Source of the DNA: an uncultured delta proteobacterium
GTDB taxonomy: Bacteria > Desulfobacterota > Desulfomonilia > Desulfomonilales > Desulfomonilaceae
NCBI GenBank assembly: GCA_963789265.1
Contig: CAWBKB010000001.1
Span: forward strand, 1,280,001 to 1,344,000
DNA: 64,000 bases
Direction: 5' to 3'
Shown: in pieces, positions 30,978-41,630 of the stretch
How positions within the stretch are numbered: position 1 is the first letter of the stretch
How the letters are laid out: each line of letters begins with the position of its first letter
Notes under the pieces: generated by a model
The model's database searches: none
What the model was told of the DNA's origin: nothing
What the model saw: the letters and a program-made list of their open reading frames with translations, nothing else
Program-made: the position numbers and the translations under genes

Positions 30978-31772
30978 ATGTTGTTGCGTGGCAAAGTAGT
31001 CTTGATAACCGGGGCCGCCCGAGGCATAGGGCGAGTGGCAGCGCTGGTCATGGCGGATGAAGGCGCGGACGTGGCGGTTGCAGACATTTCGCCCGCGGTT
31101 GAAGCCACCGCGGAAGAAGTGAAACAACGGGGAACACGTTCAGCCGCGGCTGTCTTCAACATTGCAGATCCTTCTCAGGTGCACGAAGGTGTCGAGAAGA
31201 TCGTGCAGGAATTGGGCGACGTCAACATCCTCGTAAACAACGCGGGGATCGTCAACAACATTGCACGGATGACCAAGATGACTCATGAGGCGTGGAGTCG
31301 AGAGATATCGGTCAACCTCTCGGGGGCATTCAATATGATCAAAGAAGTCATCGGGCAGATGGTTGAACGCAAATGGGGGAGGATTGTCAACATATCTTCC
31401 CTGGCCGCGATCAGGGGGCTCGACAGGCAGGTGGCCTACGCAGCGAGCAAGGCCGGCCTGCTTGGTCTCACCAAGACCGTGGCTCTGGAACACGCCAGAG
31501 ATGGAATCACCTGCAACGCCATCCTTCCAGGACTGATCGAGACGGAAATGGTCCGGCAGATGCCCGAGGAAATCAGAAACGCTGGAATCTCAAGGATACC
31601 GACTCAGAGAATGGGTTCGATGGAGGAAGTGGGCCATCTCATCACATTCCTTGCATCTGATCGTGCTGCCTACATCAATGGAGAAGAGATTTGCATCGAC
31701 GGAGGACTCAGACTCAACGTGACGACCTTGGGAAGCCGCAAGGAAGTCGCAGGGGGTACCCACGCCGGATGA
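30978..31772 (+). CDS. SDR (FabG-like) oxidoreductase
   Basis: TGAARGIG, NNAG, YAASK. Confidence 0.9.
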   Translation: MLLRGKVVLITGAARGIGRVAALVMADEGADVAVADISPAVEATAEEVKQRGTRSAAAVFNIADPSQVHEGVEKIVQELGDVNILVNNAGIVNNIARMTKMTHEAWSREISVNLSGAFNMIKEVIGQMVERKWGRIVNISSLAAIRGLDRQVAYAASKAGLLGLTKTVALEHARDGITCNAILPGLIETEMVRQMPEEIRNAGISRIPTQRMGSMEEVGHLITFLASDRAAYINGEEICIDGGLRLNVTTLGSRKEVAGGTHAG

Positions 31773-31820
31773 CTCGCGCTTGAGACCTCACTGAATTTCT
31801 CTCCATGGAGACCACCTGAA

Positions 31821-33417
31821 ATGGCACAACATAGTCGATCAGGAATACCGCTAAAGCCGGTCTATACTCCCGAAGACGTTATCAATCTCGATTATCGGCG
31901 ACAACTCGGCGCTCCCGGTGAGTTCCCATTCACACGCGGGAGGCTGCGTGAGCGGAGAGGCGGATGGATTCAACGGCAGCTTTCCGGCGAAGGTGACCCT
32001 TCACGATCTAATAAGCAGCTCAAGTACCTCCTTGAAAAAGGACAGACGGGGATCGACGTGATCGGCGACAGCCCCACGCAGGCCTGTATGGATCCTGACC
32101 ACCCGCTTGCAGTGAATACCGTGGGAACGCAGGGCGTATCTCTGTGTTGCCTAAACGACTACAGGGAGCTGTACAGAGACATTCCCTTGGGAGCCATTTC
32201 CATTTCTTCGTCAGTTCCCGCCGCATTTGCGCTGCCGGGGTTGTATCTCGTGGCCAAGGAAAATGGTTTTCCTCCGGACAAATTGAGAGGCTCGGTGCTT
32301 CAGGCACCATTCTATGCTGAGGATTGCGGGTATGCGATGGGCATGCCCTTTAGCCTGCGGCTGAGGCTCTCATCGGATTCCATAGCGTTTTGTGCCGGAG
32401 AGACGCCGAAGTTCCATTCATTCGTGGAGGACACCTATTTTTTCAGCGAAACCGGGCTGAACGTGGTGGAAGAGATGGCCCTGGGGTTTGTCGAACTCAG
32501 GCATTTGGTGCGTGAAGTGCTCAACTTGGGTGTGGACATAGACAGCTTCGCCCCCAGGATTGCTATCCTGGTCAACTGTGGTTCTGGATTTTTTTGAAGA
32601 AATTGCAAAAATACGAGCCACCAGAAGGCTTTTCGCGAGAATGATGAAGGAGGAGTTTGGCGCCAAAGATCCCCGGTCGTGGGCAGTAGCCATTACCTGT
32701 CATACGTCGGGCCTGTCCCTCACCGCACAGCAGCCGGCCAACAACATTGTCCGCGGGACACTTCAAGCTGTGGCGCTGGTGCTGGCGGGCGTGGACGCGT
32801 TGGAGATTTCCGCCTTTGACGAAGCGTACAGGACGCCCAGCCCGGAATCTCACCTCGTGGCATTGAGGACACAACAGGTTATCCATCTTGAGTCGAACGT
32901 TTCAAAAGTGGCTGACCCGCTAGGTGGGTCTTACTTCGTGGAAGCCCTTACGGATGAGACGGAAAAACGTATCTGGGACATGATTATGGAAATCGAGGCG
33001 AAAGGGAATCCTGCGGAGTTGTCTGACAGCGGGTGGTTTAGGAGATTCTTTGAGGAGCGCATGGACAGATATTACAGCCGGATCAGAAGCGGTGAACTGG
33101 CAAAGGTTGGGGTGAACGCGGATGTTGTGCCCGATCACGAAGACAATCTCCTGCGCGATGTAGCGGAGCTCAAGATCGAGCCATGCTGGGCACACGTGGA
33201 GCACATAAAGGAATTCAAAAGGAAACGCAGGCGGAAAAGGATCGAGCGTGTACTCCGAAACGTTTATGACAAGGCCAAAACGGAAGATGAGAACCTGATA
33301 TATCCAATCATGGCCGCTATGGAATCGGAGGCAACCGTGGGGGAAATTGCGGGGGTGCTGCGCATAGCCTATGGTTTTCCCTACGATCCCCACGGTCTGA
33401 TGGAATCACCGTTTTAA
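31821..33417 (+). CDS. B12-dependent acyl-CoA mutase large subunit (divergent); split by a +1 frameshift at ~32582
   Basis: SGIPLKPVYTP, PGEFPFTRG, IDSFAPR, FFEEIAKIRA.RR, TSGLSLTAQQP.NNIVR, DEA, DPLGGSYFVEALT, ATVGEI; removing one T gives VNCGLDFFEE. Confidence 0.88.
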
Positions 33418-33430
33418 GGAGCCGTTCGTC

Positions 33431-33892
33431 ATGCATAGGATCAGAGTACTGATCGGTATTTTGGGTTTAGATCAACACGAGGTGGGTGCAGTCGCAGTGT
33501 CGAGAATGCTCAGGGACGCGGGAATGGAGATCATTTATGCCGGAAGATTCAACATGCCTGCAATGATCGTTGAATCGAGCATTCAAGAAGCTGTGGACTT
33601 GATCGGCCTGAGTTGTCATTCGTGGGAGTACCTCTATTTCGTTCCTCAACTCATAAAACTACTTGCAGAGCGGAATCCGGGAATACCGGTCGTCGTCGGT
33701 GGATCGATAATAACCCCCGGCGATCGTGTGAAACTTGCGGAGATGGGGGTTGCTGCGTCCTTTGGGCCGTCGTCTTCGGCCAAAGAAATCGTCGAAACAA
33801 TACGGGGCTTGGCAGCAAAAGGAGTCTATGCCGCTGCGCCAACGAAGGCATTGCCCGCAGATGAAATCGACGAGTCGGTCAGGGTGGACTAA
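33431..33892 (+). CDS. Acyl-CoA mutase small (cobalamin-binding) subunit
   Basis: GLDQHEVG (DxHxxG), LRDAGMEIIY, IGLS, VGG.I. Confidence 0.92.
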   Translation: MHRIRVLIGILGLDQHEVGAVAVSRMLRDAGMEIIYAGRFNMPAMIVESSIQEAVDLIGLSCHSWEYLYFVPQLIKLLAERNPGIPVVVGGSIITPGDRVKLAEMGVAASFGPSSSAKEIVETIRGLAAKGVYAAAPTKALPADEIDESVRVD

Positions 33893-33973
33893 ATCGGATT
33901 CGATGTTCCCACAGAAACGTTGCGCAATGAAATGCCTCGATAGAACACGTGAAAAACAGAAGGAGGTCGAATT

Positions 33974-35536
33974 ATGGCTCTGAATCCATTGCAAGAGAAC
34001 TTGTTGAGGCGAGCAACCTTAGGAGATCTGGTGACGAGATCTGCTTTAAGGTTTGGCAATCGAGTTGCCTTGGTTGCCGGACAAGAGATGGTTGATTTCA
34101 AGACGCTCAATGAAAAGAGCTGCAGGGCCGCCAACGCATTTCTGGAAATGGGGATAGCCAAAGGAGACCGCGTTGCCTTCATGACTCACAACTGTTTGGA
34201 TTATATCTATTGCCGCCTCGGCCTGAGCAAAATCGGAGCAGCGCCGGTACCACTTAATTTCATGCTCAAAGGGGAGGAAATAGTCTACATCATTCAAGAT
34301 TCCGAGCCTAAGGCTTTTTTTGTAGAGGATTCTCTTGTGGAGTCCGTCATTCCTGTCAAACCAAGGCTTTCCAGTGTGCAGCAGTTTGGGTGGTTCGATT
34401 TTGGTTCAGGGAAACCGATTCCGGCTGATTTCGCCAATATGAAGAATTTTCTGTCGGATAAGTATCCGGATACAGAACCGGAAGTTGTGATCGATTCCGA
34501 CGACATGGCTACCTTGATGTACACTACGGGTACCGAGAGCTTCCCAAAAGGTGTTGTGACCACTCATCTCAATTACTATATGAGTATGTTCCATCTGGCA
34601 TGCGATTGCGATTTCAGGCGGGAAGACGTTTTGCTCATTGATATTCCGCTCTTTCACGTCGCCGGGACAACTGTTCTGCTTGCTTCTATGACGTTCGGCT
34701 CAAGAGCCGTCATCGCCTACGCGCCTGATCCGATGAACATTCTGCGGACAACTGAAGCGCACAAAGTTACAATGTGGATCTATCCTCCTACCCTATACCA
34801 TGCTTTGCCCACTATTCCAGGATTCGAACGGTTCGACCTGTCCTCACTGAAGAAATGCATCTCATTTGGATCTGTCATGGCTCCGGGCATTCTGGAAAAG
34901 TGGAAAACTATCAAATCGGATATTCAGTGGCGTAATTACTGGGGACAGACTGAAAGCTCTCCGGTGGGTACCACATCGGCACCGGAGGATTTTGAAGAAA
35001 AAATAAATTCCATCGGGATTTCAGACACTGGGGTAACCGTAAAAGTCTTTGATGAAAAAGATCAGGAACTGCCCCCAGGCGATGTTGGGGAGTTGGTAAT
35101 TCGAGGGCCGGCTGTGATGAACGGCTACTGGAAGAAAGAAGAACTCACACAGAAGACATTGGCCAATGGGTGGCTCCATACCGGTGATATGGGATTCATG
35201 GATCAGGATGGATACTTCCACTTTACCGATCGTAAGAAGGACATGATTAAAACAGGAGGAGAGAATGTTTCCTCACAGGAAGTGGAATCCGTCATTATCG
35301 GTCACCCCCATGTGGGCCAAGTTGCGGTAATCGGACAGCCTGATGAATATTGGTCGGAGGCTGTCTCGGCATTCATCGTGCCAAGGCACGGACAGGACAT
35401 CGTACCGGAAGAGATTCTCCTCTTTTGCAAGGAAAGGATGGCAGGCTACAAGATTCCCAAAAGAATCTTTGTTGTGGCTGAACTCCCTATGTCGCCCACC
35501 GGAAAAGTGTTGAAGCGAAAACTGAGAGACGAGTGA
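33974..35536 (+). CDS. Acyl-CoA synthetase (AMP-forming)
   Basis: YTTGTESFPKG, WGQTE, WLHTGD, DRKKDMIKTGGENV, PTGK. Confidence 0.93.
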   Translation: MALNPLQENLLRRATLGDLVTRSALRFGNRVALVAGQEMVDFKTLNEKSCRAANAFLEMGIAKGDRVAFMTHNCLDYIYCRLGLSKIGAAPVPLNFMLKGEEIVYIIQDSEPKAFFVEDSLVESVIPVKPRLSSVQQFGWFDFGSGKPIPADFANMKNFLSDKYPDTEPEVVIDSDDMATLMYTTGTESFPKGVVTTHLNYYMSMFHLACDCDFRREDVLLIDIPLFHVAGTTVLLASMTFGSRAVIAYAPDPMNILRTTEAHKVTMWIYPPTLYHALPTIPGFERFDLSSLKKCISFGSVMAPGILEKWKTIKSDIQWRNYWGQTESSPVGTTSAPEDFEEKINSIGISDTGVTVKVFDEKDQELPPGDVGELVIRGPAVMNGYWKKEELTQKTLANGWLHTGDMGFMDQDGYFHFTDRKKDMIKTGGENVSSQEVESVIIGHPHVGQVAVIGQPDEYWSEAVSAFIVPRHGQDIVPEEILLFCKERMAGYKIPKRIFVVAELPMSPTGKVLKRKLRDE

Positions 35537-36056
35537 CTCGAATCAGCGTGACCGATGAAACTTTTCTGCAGCCAAAATGAGATTATTGGGATTAAGATGA
35601 ATAATTAGAGGAGAGGCGCGAGGCCGGACGGGTTGACTTCCTTGCGCCGCCTGAGAGTTTGGTGTCTCAGGCTCTTGCAAATATAGTTATCCAGCCCAAA
35701 ATTGAAATCCTCGAGAGGGGCAAACTCTCAAGGGTTAATGAAATTAGGCTGGTCAAAACATGAACAGGGGCAAAATTATCTTGCCCTCAACTGTAGGAAA
35801 TTACCTAAGCGTGGAAATGCCGGGAAATTCCGGGCTCACACTCCTCAATCGCCTTTGGGAGTTCCCTTCGGTCCGGGTTTCCGCCTATGCAACACTCTGG
35901 TAAGCACGCTTTCCAGTCAAGTCATGAAATCATCTATTTGTTTGTCAACAATTAAGTTTCGTGTACGTGGAACGCTTCCGGTACTCACTACGGACACCGG
36001 GGGAAAAAGTTAATAAAAAAGAGAACCCGGATCGACCGAATTCTCTTGTAATTTTC

Positions 36057-36143
36057 TGGTGCTCGGAGCGAGAGTCGAACTCGCACACCCGTAAGGGCGG
36101 TGGATTTTGAGTCCACTGCGTCTACCGATTCCGCCATCCGAGC
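36057..36143 (-). tRNA. tRNA-Leu(CAA)
   Basis: GCTCGGATGGCGGAATCGGTAGACGCA-GTGGA CT CAA AA TCCAC-long variable arm-GTTCGA-TCCGAGC ACCA; 87 nt with encoded CCA. Confidence 0.97.
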
Positions 36144-36251
36144 ACGTTCAAACACCGCATGGCAGATTCGCAAAATGCGAAACCGCACCACGCAGTGGCA
36201 GTATACTCGCGGCACGAGCCTGACGCAAGGTTGAAAATGACATTGTCGTAG

Positions 36252-36447
36252 GCATTCAGATGGGCGCCGGAAAATTGTCATTGCGAGGAGTGCATGGTGG
36301 GACAGGCTTCCAGCCTGTCTATTAGAGATGACGGACAAGATGCCCGTCCCACCGGCAATCTAAGCGGCGTTCAAAGGAAAAGATTGCTTCGTCCCGCGGG
36401 AGGCGGGACTCCCAATGACAACCTCTTCCCGCGCATAAGTGAATGGT
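36252..36447. repeat. Family A palindromic element copy 2 (inverted) with a nested REP doublet at 36296-36353
   Basis: Core GCAATCTAAGCGGCGTTCAAAGGAAAAGATTGC matches the reverse complement of the copy 1 core; insert GGTGGGACAGGCTTCCAGCCTGTC...GACGGACAAGATGCCCGTCCCACC. Confidence 0.75.
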
Positions 36448-36569
36448 CACATCGGACGGGCCGTTTTTCTTGACATGCATCCGCTGCAAGCCTAGAATTT
36501 TGCCTCTGAATCGTATCCGGTCAAACCGGGAAGCTGTTGTTACATGTGGACAACAGTGAGGCAGCGTAA

Positions 36570-37226
36570 ATGAGTGACAAGCAGTATGTGATCGATGACT
36601 TGAGTGTGAAAGAAAGCTGGCGAATATTCAGGATTATTTCGGAATTCGTGGAGGGTTTCGAGCATCTTTCCGAGATCTATCCCGCGGTCTCGGTCTTTGG
36701 TTCATCCCGTGTAGCGCAAACCGATCCTGTATATGAATTGGGCCGCGAGGTTGGGCGCCTCCTTGCCCAGGCCGGGTTCTCCGTGGTTACCGGAGGCGGC
36801 CCGGGTGCAATGGAGGCCGCCAACCGAGGCGCAGCCGAAGCCGGAGGCAAGTCTGTGGGGCTGTGTATACATCTCCCGAAGGAGCAGGCAGCCAACCCCT
36901 ACGCAAACATTCGCCTCGATTTCCGCTATTTCTTCATACGCAAGGTAATGTTCGTGAAGTACGCGGTGGCATACGTCATCCTTCCGGGAGGCTTCGGCAC
37001 GCTGGACGAGCTATTCGAGGCTATGACCCTGATTCAGACGGACCGCATAAAGCCTTTTCCGGTAATTCTCCTGGGAAAGGAGTACTGGAAGGACTTGCTC
37101 TCCTGGATAAAGAAAACCATGTCGGTGAAACATGGCATGATATGTCCTGACGACATGGACATGTTTCAGTGCATAGACGATCCGGCCGAAGCGGTGGCCG
37201 CAATCAAGAGGATTGTTATTGTATAG
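36570..37226 (+). CDS. LOG family (TIGR00730) nucleotide phosphoribohydrolase
   Basis: VSVFGSSR, TGGGPGAMEAAN, FFIRK, PGGFGTLDE. Confidence 0.92.
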   Translation: MSDKQYVIDDLSVKESWRIFRIISEFVEGFEHLSEIYPAVSVFGSSRVAQTDPVYELGREVGRLLAQAGFSVVTGGGPGAMEAANRGAAEAGGKSVGLCIHLPKEQAANPYANIRLDFRYFFIRKVMFVKYAVAYVILPGGFGTLDELFEAMTLIQTDRIKPFPVILLGKEYWKDLLSWIKKTMSVKHGMICPDDMDMFQCIDDPAEAVAAIKRIVIV

Positions 37227-37530
37227 AGAGTTTCAAAAGAGATGTTCCAATTCGAGGATGATTGGATGTGTGCTCCGTCTGTTCGACAGATGAAGACTCC
37301 CCTGGCGCGGTGCAGGAAAGTCCCGGCAGAGAGATCACTCGAACAGCTCTCCCGGACAGACGAAATAGCTTGGGTGACGCAGCGGGGTCGTCAGAAGAAA
37401 ATTGGGGCATGGCGAGCCATGCCCCTTCATCCAATTTGATTGTCCAGGCCGGCTGTATTAATTCTTCGCGGCCAAACGTCTAACCGGTTATAAAGACCAA
37501 TTCCTCCACATCTCACAAACTCCAAGTCAA

Positions 37531-37554
37531 GCCCGATCCGACATCGGGTCGGAC
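37531..37554. terminator. Hairpin between convergent genes, possible terminator
   Basis: CCGATCCGA-CA-TCGGGTCGG stem; no clear U tract. Confidence 0.35.
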
Positions 37555-37591
37555 TAAAGGTTATCAGAGCGCTGTTTCGCAAACATACCAG

Positions 37592-38128
37592 CTACCGACC
37601 CATTGGCGGGTATCCATATCCGTACGCCTCGGCTGGCGGCATCCCCATTGGCTTGCACTTTGATATCTTTGATATCCGCTGGGGACAAGGCGGCGGTCCG
37701 CATGGCGGCATGCACGGGGGTGCACATGCAATTGACGGACAGCACGGCAACGGCTTGCAATCTCCGTTCAACGAAACGCAATTCGCGAGTAGCCGAAAGG
37801 GCGCCGTCACGATCGACAGGAGTCCACACAGAGGGTTAAATCCGTTGAGCCAGCTACTAGATCCGCAATTTTGCTGTCCACATCCCGGAGGCATGCACGA
37901 AGGCATACACGGCGGAGGGCAGGGAGGCGGACAACTGGGCGGCCCGCACATCTGCCCGGGACAAGCCGGGATTCCAGGCCCACATGGAGGCGGAGGCCCA
38001 GGCATTTGAACCTTTATAGGAGGATACATGCTGGGGGGGCCAGGGTGTCTGGCTTGAGCCATGCCCAAACCCACGGTGCCATAGAGGAACAACAAACATG
38101 CAAACAGAGAGAGTATTCGCGCAACCAT
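37592..38128 (-). CDS. Exported Pro/Cys-rich protein
   Basis: AAAGGAG RBS, Sec signal peptide (..GMAQA), CPPP/CGPP/CMPP repeats. Confidence 0.75.
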   Translation of the reverse strand: MVARILSLFACLLFLYGTVGLGMAQARHPGPPSMYPPIKVQMPGPPPPCGPGIPACPGQMCGPPSCPPPCPPPCMPSCMPPGCGQQNCGSSSWLNGFNPLCGLLSIVTAPFRLLANCVSLNGDCKPLPCCPSIACAPPCMPPCGPPPCPQRISKISKCKPMGMPPAEAYGYGYPPMGR

Positions 38129-38504
38129 ACCCGTACTCCTTTTCTGAAAAGATTAATGAAATCTTTGTGTTCCCAGATTTAGCAAACGTATAATATCATG
38201 TCTGTTCAAAGTAGTCAATAAAATATCCAAATGATATCGAGTGATGCCAAAATTTAATGATGAAACGGCTGAGCTTTAATTCACGAGACTTCTATGCCGA
38301 CGAAACAACATCCTGCAAGATCGGTCGGTTGGCCTCCAATGACCATCTTTGTGGGAATCCGATGCTCATTGCCGGACAATTTCCAACGTGAACCGCTGGC
38401 TGCGCGCCCCGTCATTGCTCTTGATCTTTCAGTCTATTCACCTATACTTGTTCGCATAAGGCAAGAAATGCTGCCACTGGCCTCATCTTTCGAAACCGAA
38501 CCTT

Positions 38505-40376
38505 GTGGATCGCACTATGGAACGACCGTATGTCGACATTATCGTTGTGGGAGCCGGCCATGCCGGGTGTGAAGCGGCTCTGGCGTCCTCAAGAATGGGG
38601 CTCTCGGTGTGGATGTACACTCTGAATGCGGACACCATTGGGCTTATGCCTTGCAACCCCTCCATCGGTGGTTTGGGCAAGGGACATCTGGTTAAGGAAA
38701 TCGACGCACTTGGCGGCGAAATGGGGCGGGCCGCGGACGCTTCGTGCATTCAGTATAAAACTCTGGGGACGAGCAAAGGACCTGCGGTACAGGGATCCAG
38801 AATGCAGTGTGACCGCTTGCAATATTCTGCGGCCATGAAGTCCGCGGTGGAGAGGGAGCCGAATCTGCTTGTTCGCCAGGAAATGGTAGACGGTCTCATT
38901 ATCAGTAGCGGCCGGTGTGTCGGCATTCTAGAGAGATGCGGATATGAGGTGAGCGCGTCGGCAGTAGTCTTAGCCACCGGCACTTTTCTCGACGGGGTCA
39001 TTCATATCGGCCAAACCTCGTACGGGGCCGGTCGGGCCGGTGAGTTCCCGGCAAGAGCGCTCGCGTCTCAACTTAAAGAACTTGGCTTTTCCTGGGGCCG
39101 TTTCAAGACCGGAACGCCCCCCAGGCTCAAAGGCTCTACCGTAGATTTCGACGCAATGAATGAGGACGCGGGAGACGCATTAATCCGCCCCTTTTCATTG
39201 CGTACGCCGTCCATAAAACGGCCCCGACGCTCCTGTTTCAGGACATACACCTCGGTACGAACTCACGAGATCGTTCGGCGCAATCTCATGAAATCTCCCC
39301 TATATTCAGGAATAATAAAGGGAATCCCGGCCAGGTATTGCCCGTCGCTCGAGGACAAGGTCGCTCGATTCCCCGAGCGGACGAGGCACCCCGTAGTGGT
39401 GGAACCTGAAGGTCTTCACACTTCGGAAGTGTATTTAAAGGGACTCGGCAATTCTCTCCCTCCCGAGATACAGATAGATCTTGTCCATTCGGTTCCCGGC
39501 CTTGAAGAGGCTGAAATTGTGCGACCAGCGTACGCAATCGAGTACGATTTCATCGATCCCACCTGCTTGAACCTCACCCTGGAATCGAAAGCAATTCGTG
39601 GGCTGTACCTTGCCGGCCAAATCAACGGCACCTCGGGATATGAGGAAGCGGCAGCACAGGGCCTTTGGGCGGGGATCAACGCGGCATGCGCCGTTTCAGA
39701 GAGAGACCCTTTCGTCCTGTTCCGATCGGAAGCTTACATGGGAGTTATGGTGGACGATCTTGTAACACGAGGAGTCAATGAGCCTTATCGTCTCTTCACT
39801 TCCAGGGCCGAATATCGGCTGTTATTGAGAGAGGACAACGCGGCCGAGAGACTCTTGCACAAAGGTCGGACTTTAGGACTCATTTCAGGGGCTCTTGTGG
39901 CCGAACTTGAGGCAAAGCTGCTCGAGGTGGAGGAGCAGACAAAGTTACTCAAAAGCGCGCGAGTCAAGCCGGACCGGATATTAAACGATCTGATACGCGC
40001 CAGGGGCGGGTCGGAGATACGCGAAGCCACCACAGCCGCCAAGTTGCTGAAGCGGCCGGAGCTGAGCATGGACGATTTCGTCTTCCTCGGAATCATAGAA
40101 CCCGGTATGGATCCTTACGTTAATCGACAAATCGAAATTCAGTTAAAGTACGAGGGCTATATAGATCGGCAGACGCGTGAAGCGAACCAATTACAGAAAA
40201 TGGAAAAGATGCATATCCCGGAGGATTTGGACTACGAGCGCGTTGAGGGGCTATCCAGGGAGTTGCGCGAAAGCCTCAAATCTCGGAGGCCCCAATCTCT
40301 AGGGCAGGTTTCACGAATCCCTGGAATTACTCCGGCAGCTCTGAGCGCCTTGATGGTTCGCATCAGACCTCGATGA
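38505..40376 (+). CDS. mnmG: tRNA U34 carboxymethylaminomethyl modification enzyme MnmG (GidA)
   Basis: [73 protein letters not shown]. Confidence 0.97.
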   Translation: MDRTMERPYVDIIVVGAGHAGCEAALASSRMGLSVWMYTLNADTIGLMPCNPSIGGLGKGHLVKEIDALGGEMGRAADASCIQYKTLGTSKGPAVQGSRMQCDRLQYSAAMKSAVEREPNLLVRQEMVDGLIISSGRCVGILERCGYEVSASAVVLATGTFLDGVIHIGQTSYGAGRAGEFPARALASQLKELGFSWGRFKTGTPPRLKGSTVDFDAMNEDAGDALIRPFSLRTPSIKRPRRSCFRTYTSVRTHEIVRRNLMKSPLYSGIIKGIPARYCPSLEDKVARFPERTRHPVVVEPEGLHTSEVYLKGLGNSLPPEIQIDLVHSVPGLEEAEIVRPAYAIEYDFIDPTCLNLTLESKAIRGLYLAGQINGTSGYEEAAAQGLWAGINAACAVSERDPFVLFRSEAYMGVMVDDLVTRGVNEPYRLFTSRAEYRLLLREDNAAERLLHKGRTLGLISGALVAELEAKLLEVEEQTKLLKSARVKPDRILNDLIRARGGSEIREATTAAKLLKRPELSMDDFVFLGIIEPGMDPYVNRQIEIQLKYEGYIDRQTREANQLQKMEKMHIPEDLDYERVEGLSRELRESLKSRRPQSLGQVSRIPGITPAALSALMVRIRPR

Positions 40377-40451
40377 ACTACGGACGATCAAGACAAGGCC
40401 CAGGGAATACAGCCCGCCGCCGGCACCGTAGTGTCTCAACCGATGCTATGA

Positions 40452-41282
40452 TTAGAGGTAGAGAAGGTCTATACCTCCAGTGATGGGAACTGTAGCGCCG
40501 GTGATGTAACCCGCGGCATCCGAGGCCAAGAAGATCACCAATGCGGCTACTTCATCGGGGTGGCCCATGCGTTTCATTGGACAACGGCTGCGGTAGCGTT
40601 CCAGCTTTTCCTGGCCTGCCAGCCTAATAGCTTCTGTATCAATGAAACCGGGAGCCACGGAGTTGACCGTGATCCCGTGGCGGGCACCTTCCAGAGCCAG
40701 GGATTTTGTCAGACCTGTGAGACCGGCCTTGGAAGCCCCGTAGCTGGGATGAGCGCAAGCGCCCATGAGGCCGGCGATGGACGACATGTTAATTATCCTT
40801 CCCCAGCCTTTCTCCAGCATCCCAGGCCACACAGCCTTGGCGCAGAGAAATGCACCGGTGAGGTTCACCGTTAGATCTCGTTCCCATCGATCAGGTCTCT
40901 GATCCTCCAACTTGCCCAGGTTCTCCATAATGGCCGCGTTATTGACCAGGATATCCACGGCACCGAATTCTCCAGCGATACGGTCGACGACGGATTGGAT
41001 TTCGCCCGTGTCTGTAACGTCCAATCTCAAGGCGAGGCTCCTGGTCCCCTGGTGTCGTATCTCTTCGGCTGTGGACAGTGTATGTACTGCACCTTCCTTT
41101 TTAAAGTGACTAGCAAGGACGCTGTAATCTGCCCATTGAGCGGGATCTCGATCATTGTCCTCAATAAGAATATCAGTCACCACGACGTTTGCCCCAGCTC
41201 GCCCAAAAGCCAGGGCAATGGCCTGTCCAAGTCCGCGGGAGGCTCCGGTGACCAATGCAGTCTTGCCGGTCAGTGATATCAT
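40452..41282 (-). CDS. SDR oxidoreductase
   Basis: TGASRGLG, NNAA, YGASK. Confidence 0.9.
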   Translation of the reverse strand: MISLTGKTALVTGASRGLGQAIALAFGRAGANVVVTDILIEDNDRDPAQWADYSVLASHFKKEGAVHTLSTAEEIRHQGTRSLALRLDVTDTGEIQSVVDRIAGEFGAVDILVNNAAIMENLGKLEDQRPDRWERDLTVNLTGAFLCAKAVWPGMLEKGWGRIINMSSIAGLMGACAHPSYGASKAGLTGLTKSLALEGARHGITVNSVAPGFIDTEAIRLAGQEKLERYRSRCPMKRMGHPDEVAALVIFLASDAAGYITGATVPITGGIDLLYL

Positions 41283-41630
41283 AGTGACAGCCCTCTATCG
41301 TTTCTCAGGCAGATCTATGCGTGTCCCATCTTCGGCGATGATCACTCGAATCAAGAAGCCTTCTTGCACGGCCTCGAGACACAAATCCTCACTCACCGGA
41401 AACCGGTCCCAGGTCTGTTCCAGGCATGAGATGACATAGTACGGATCAAAGGCTTGATTCGGGCCTGTGTCCCCTCCACAGGGGTCGCGTGCTTCTCTCA
41501 AAACAGGGGCCCGTGGCAACCTATGGCATTGATCTCAGCTACAATCCTTCAGGGCCTCCTTGAACTAAATCGACGGAGCGGAACTGATAACGGTCTCAAC
41601 AGGTTCACCACTCCCGCCTGCGGCCACCAA

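Noticed and set aside
35537..36143. Genomic island integrated at the tRNA-Leu 3' end
   Set aside because: No integrase and no duplicated tRNA 3' end found in the window
41295..41630. Possible small gene between the OYE and SDR genes
   Set aside because: An RBS-like AAGGAGG and a protein-like C-terminus exist, but I could not reconstruct a coherent frame or family
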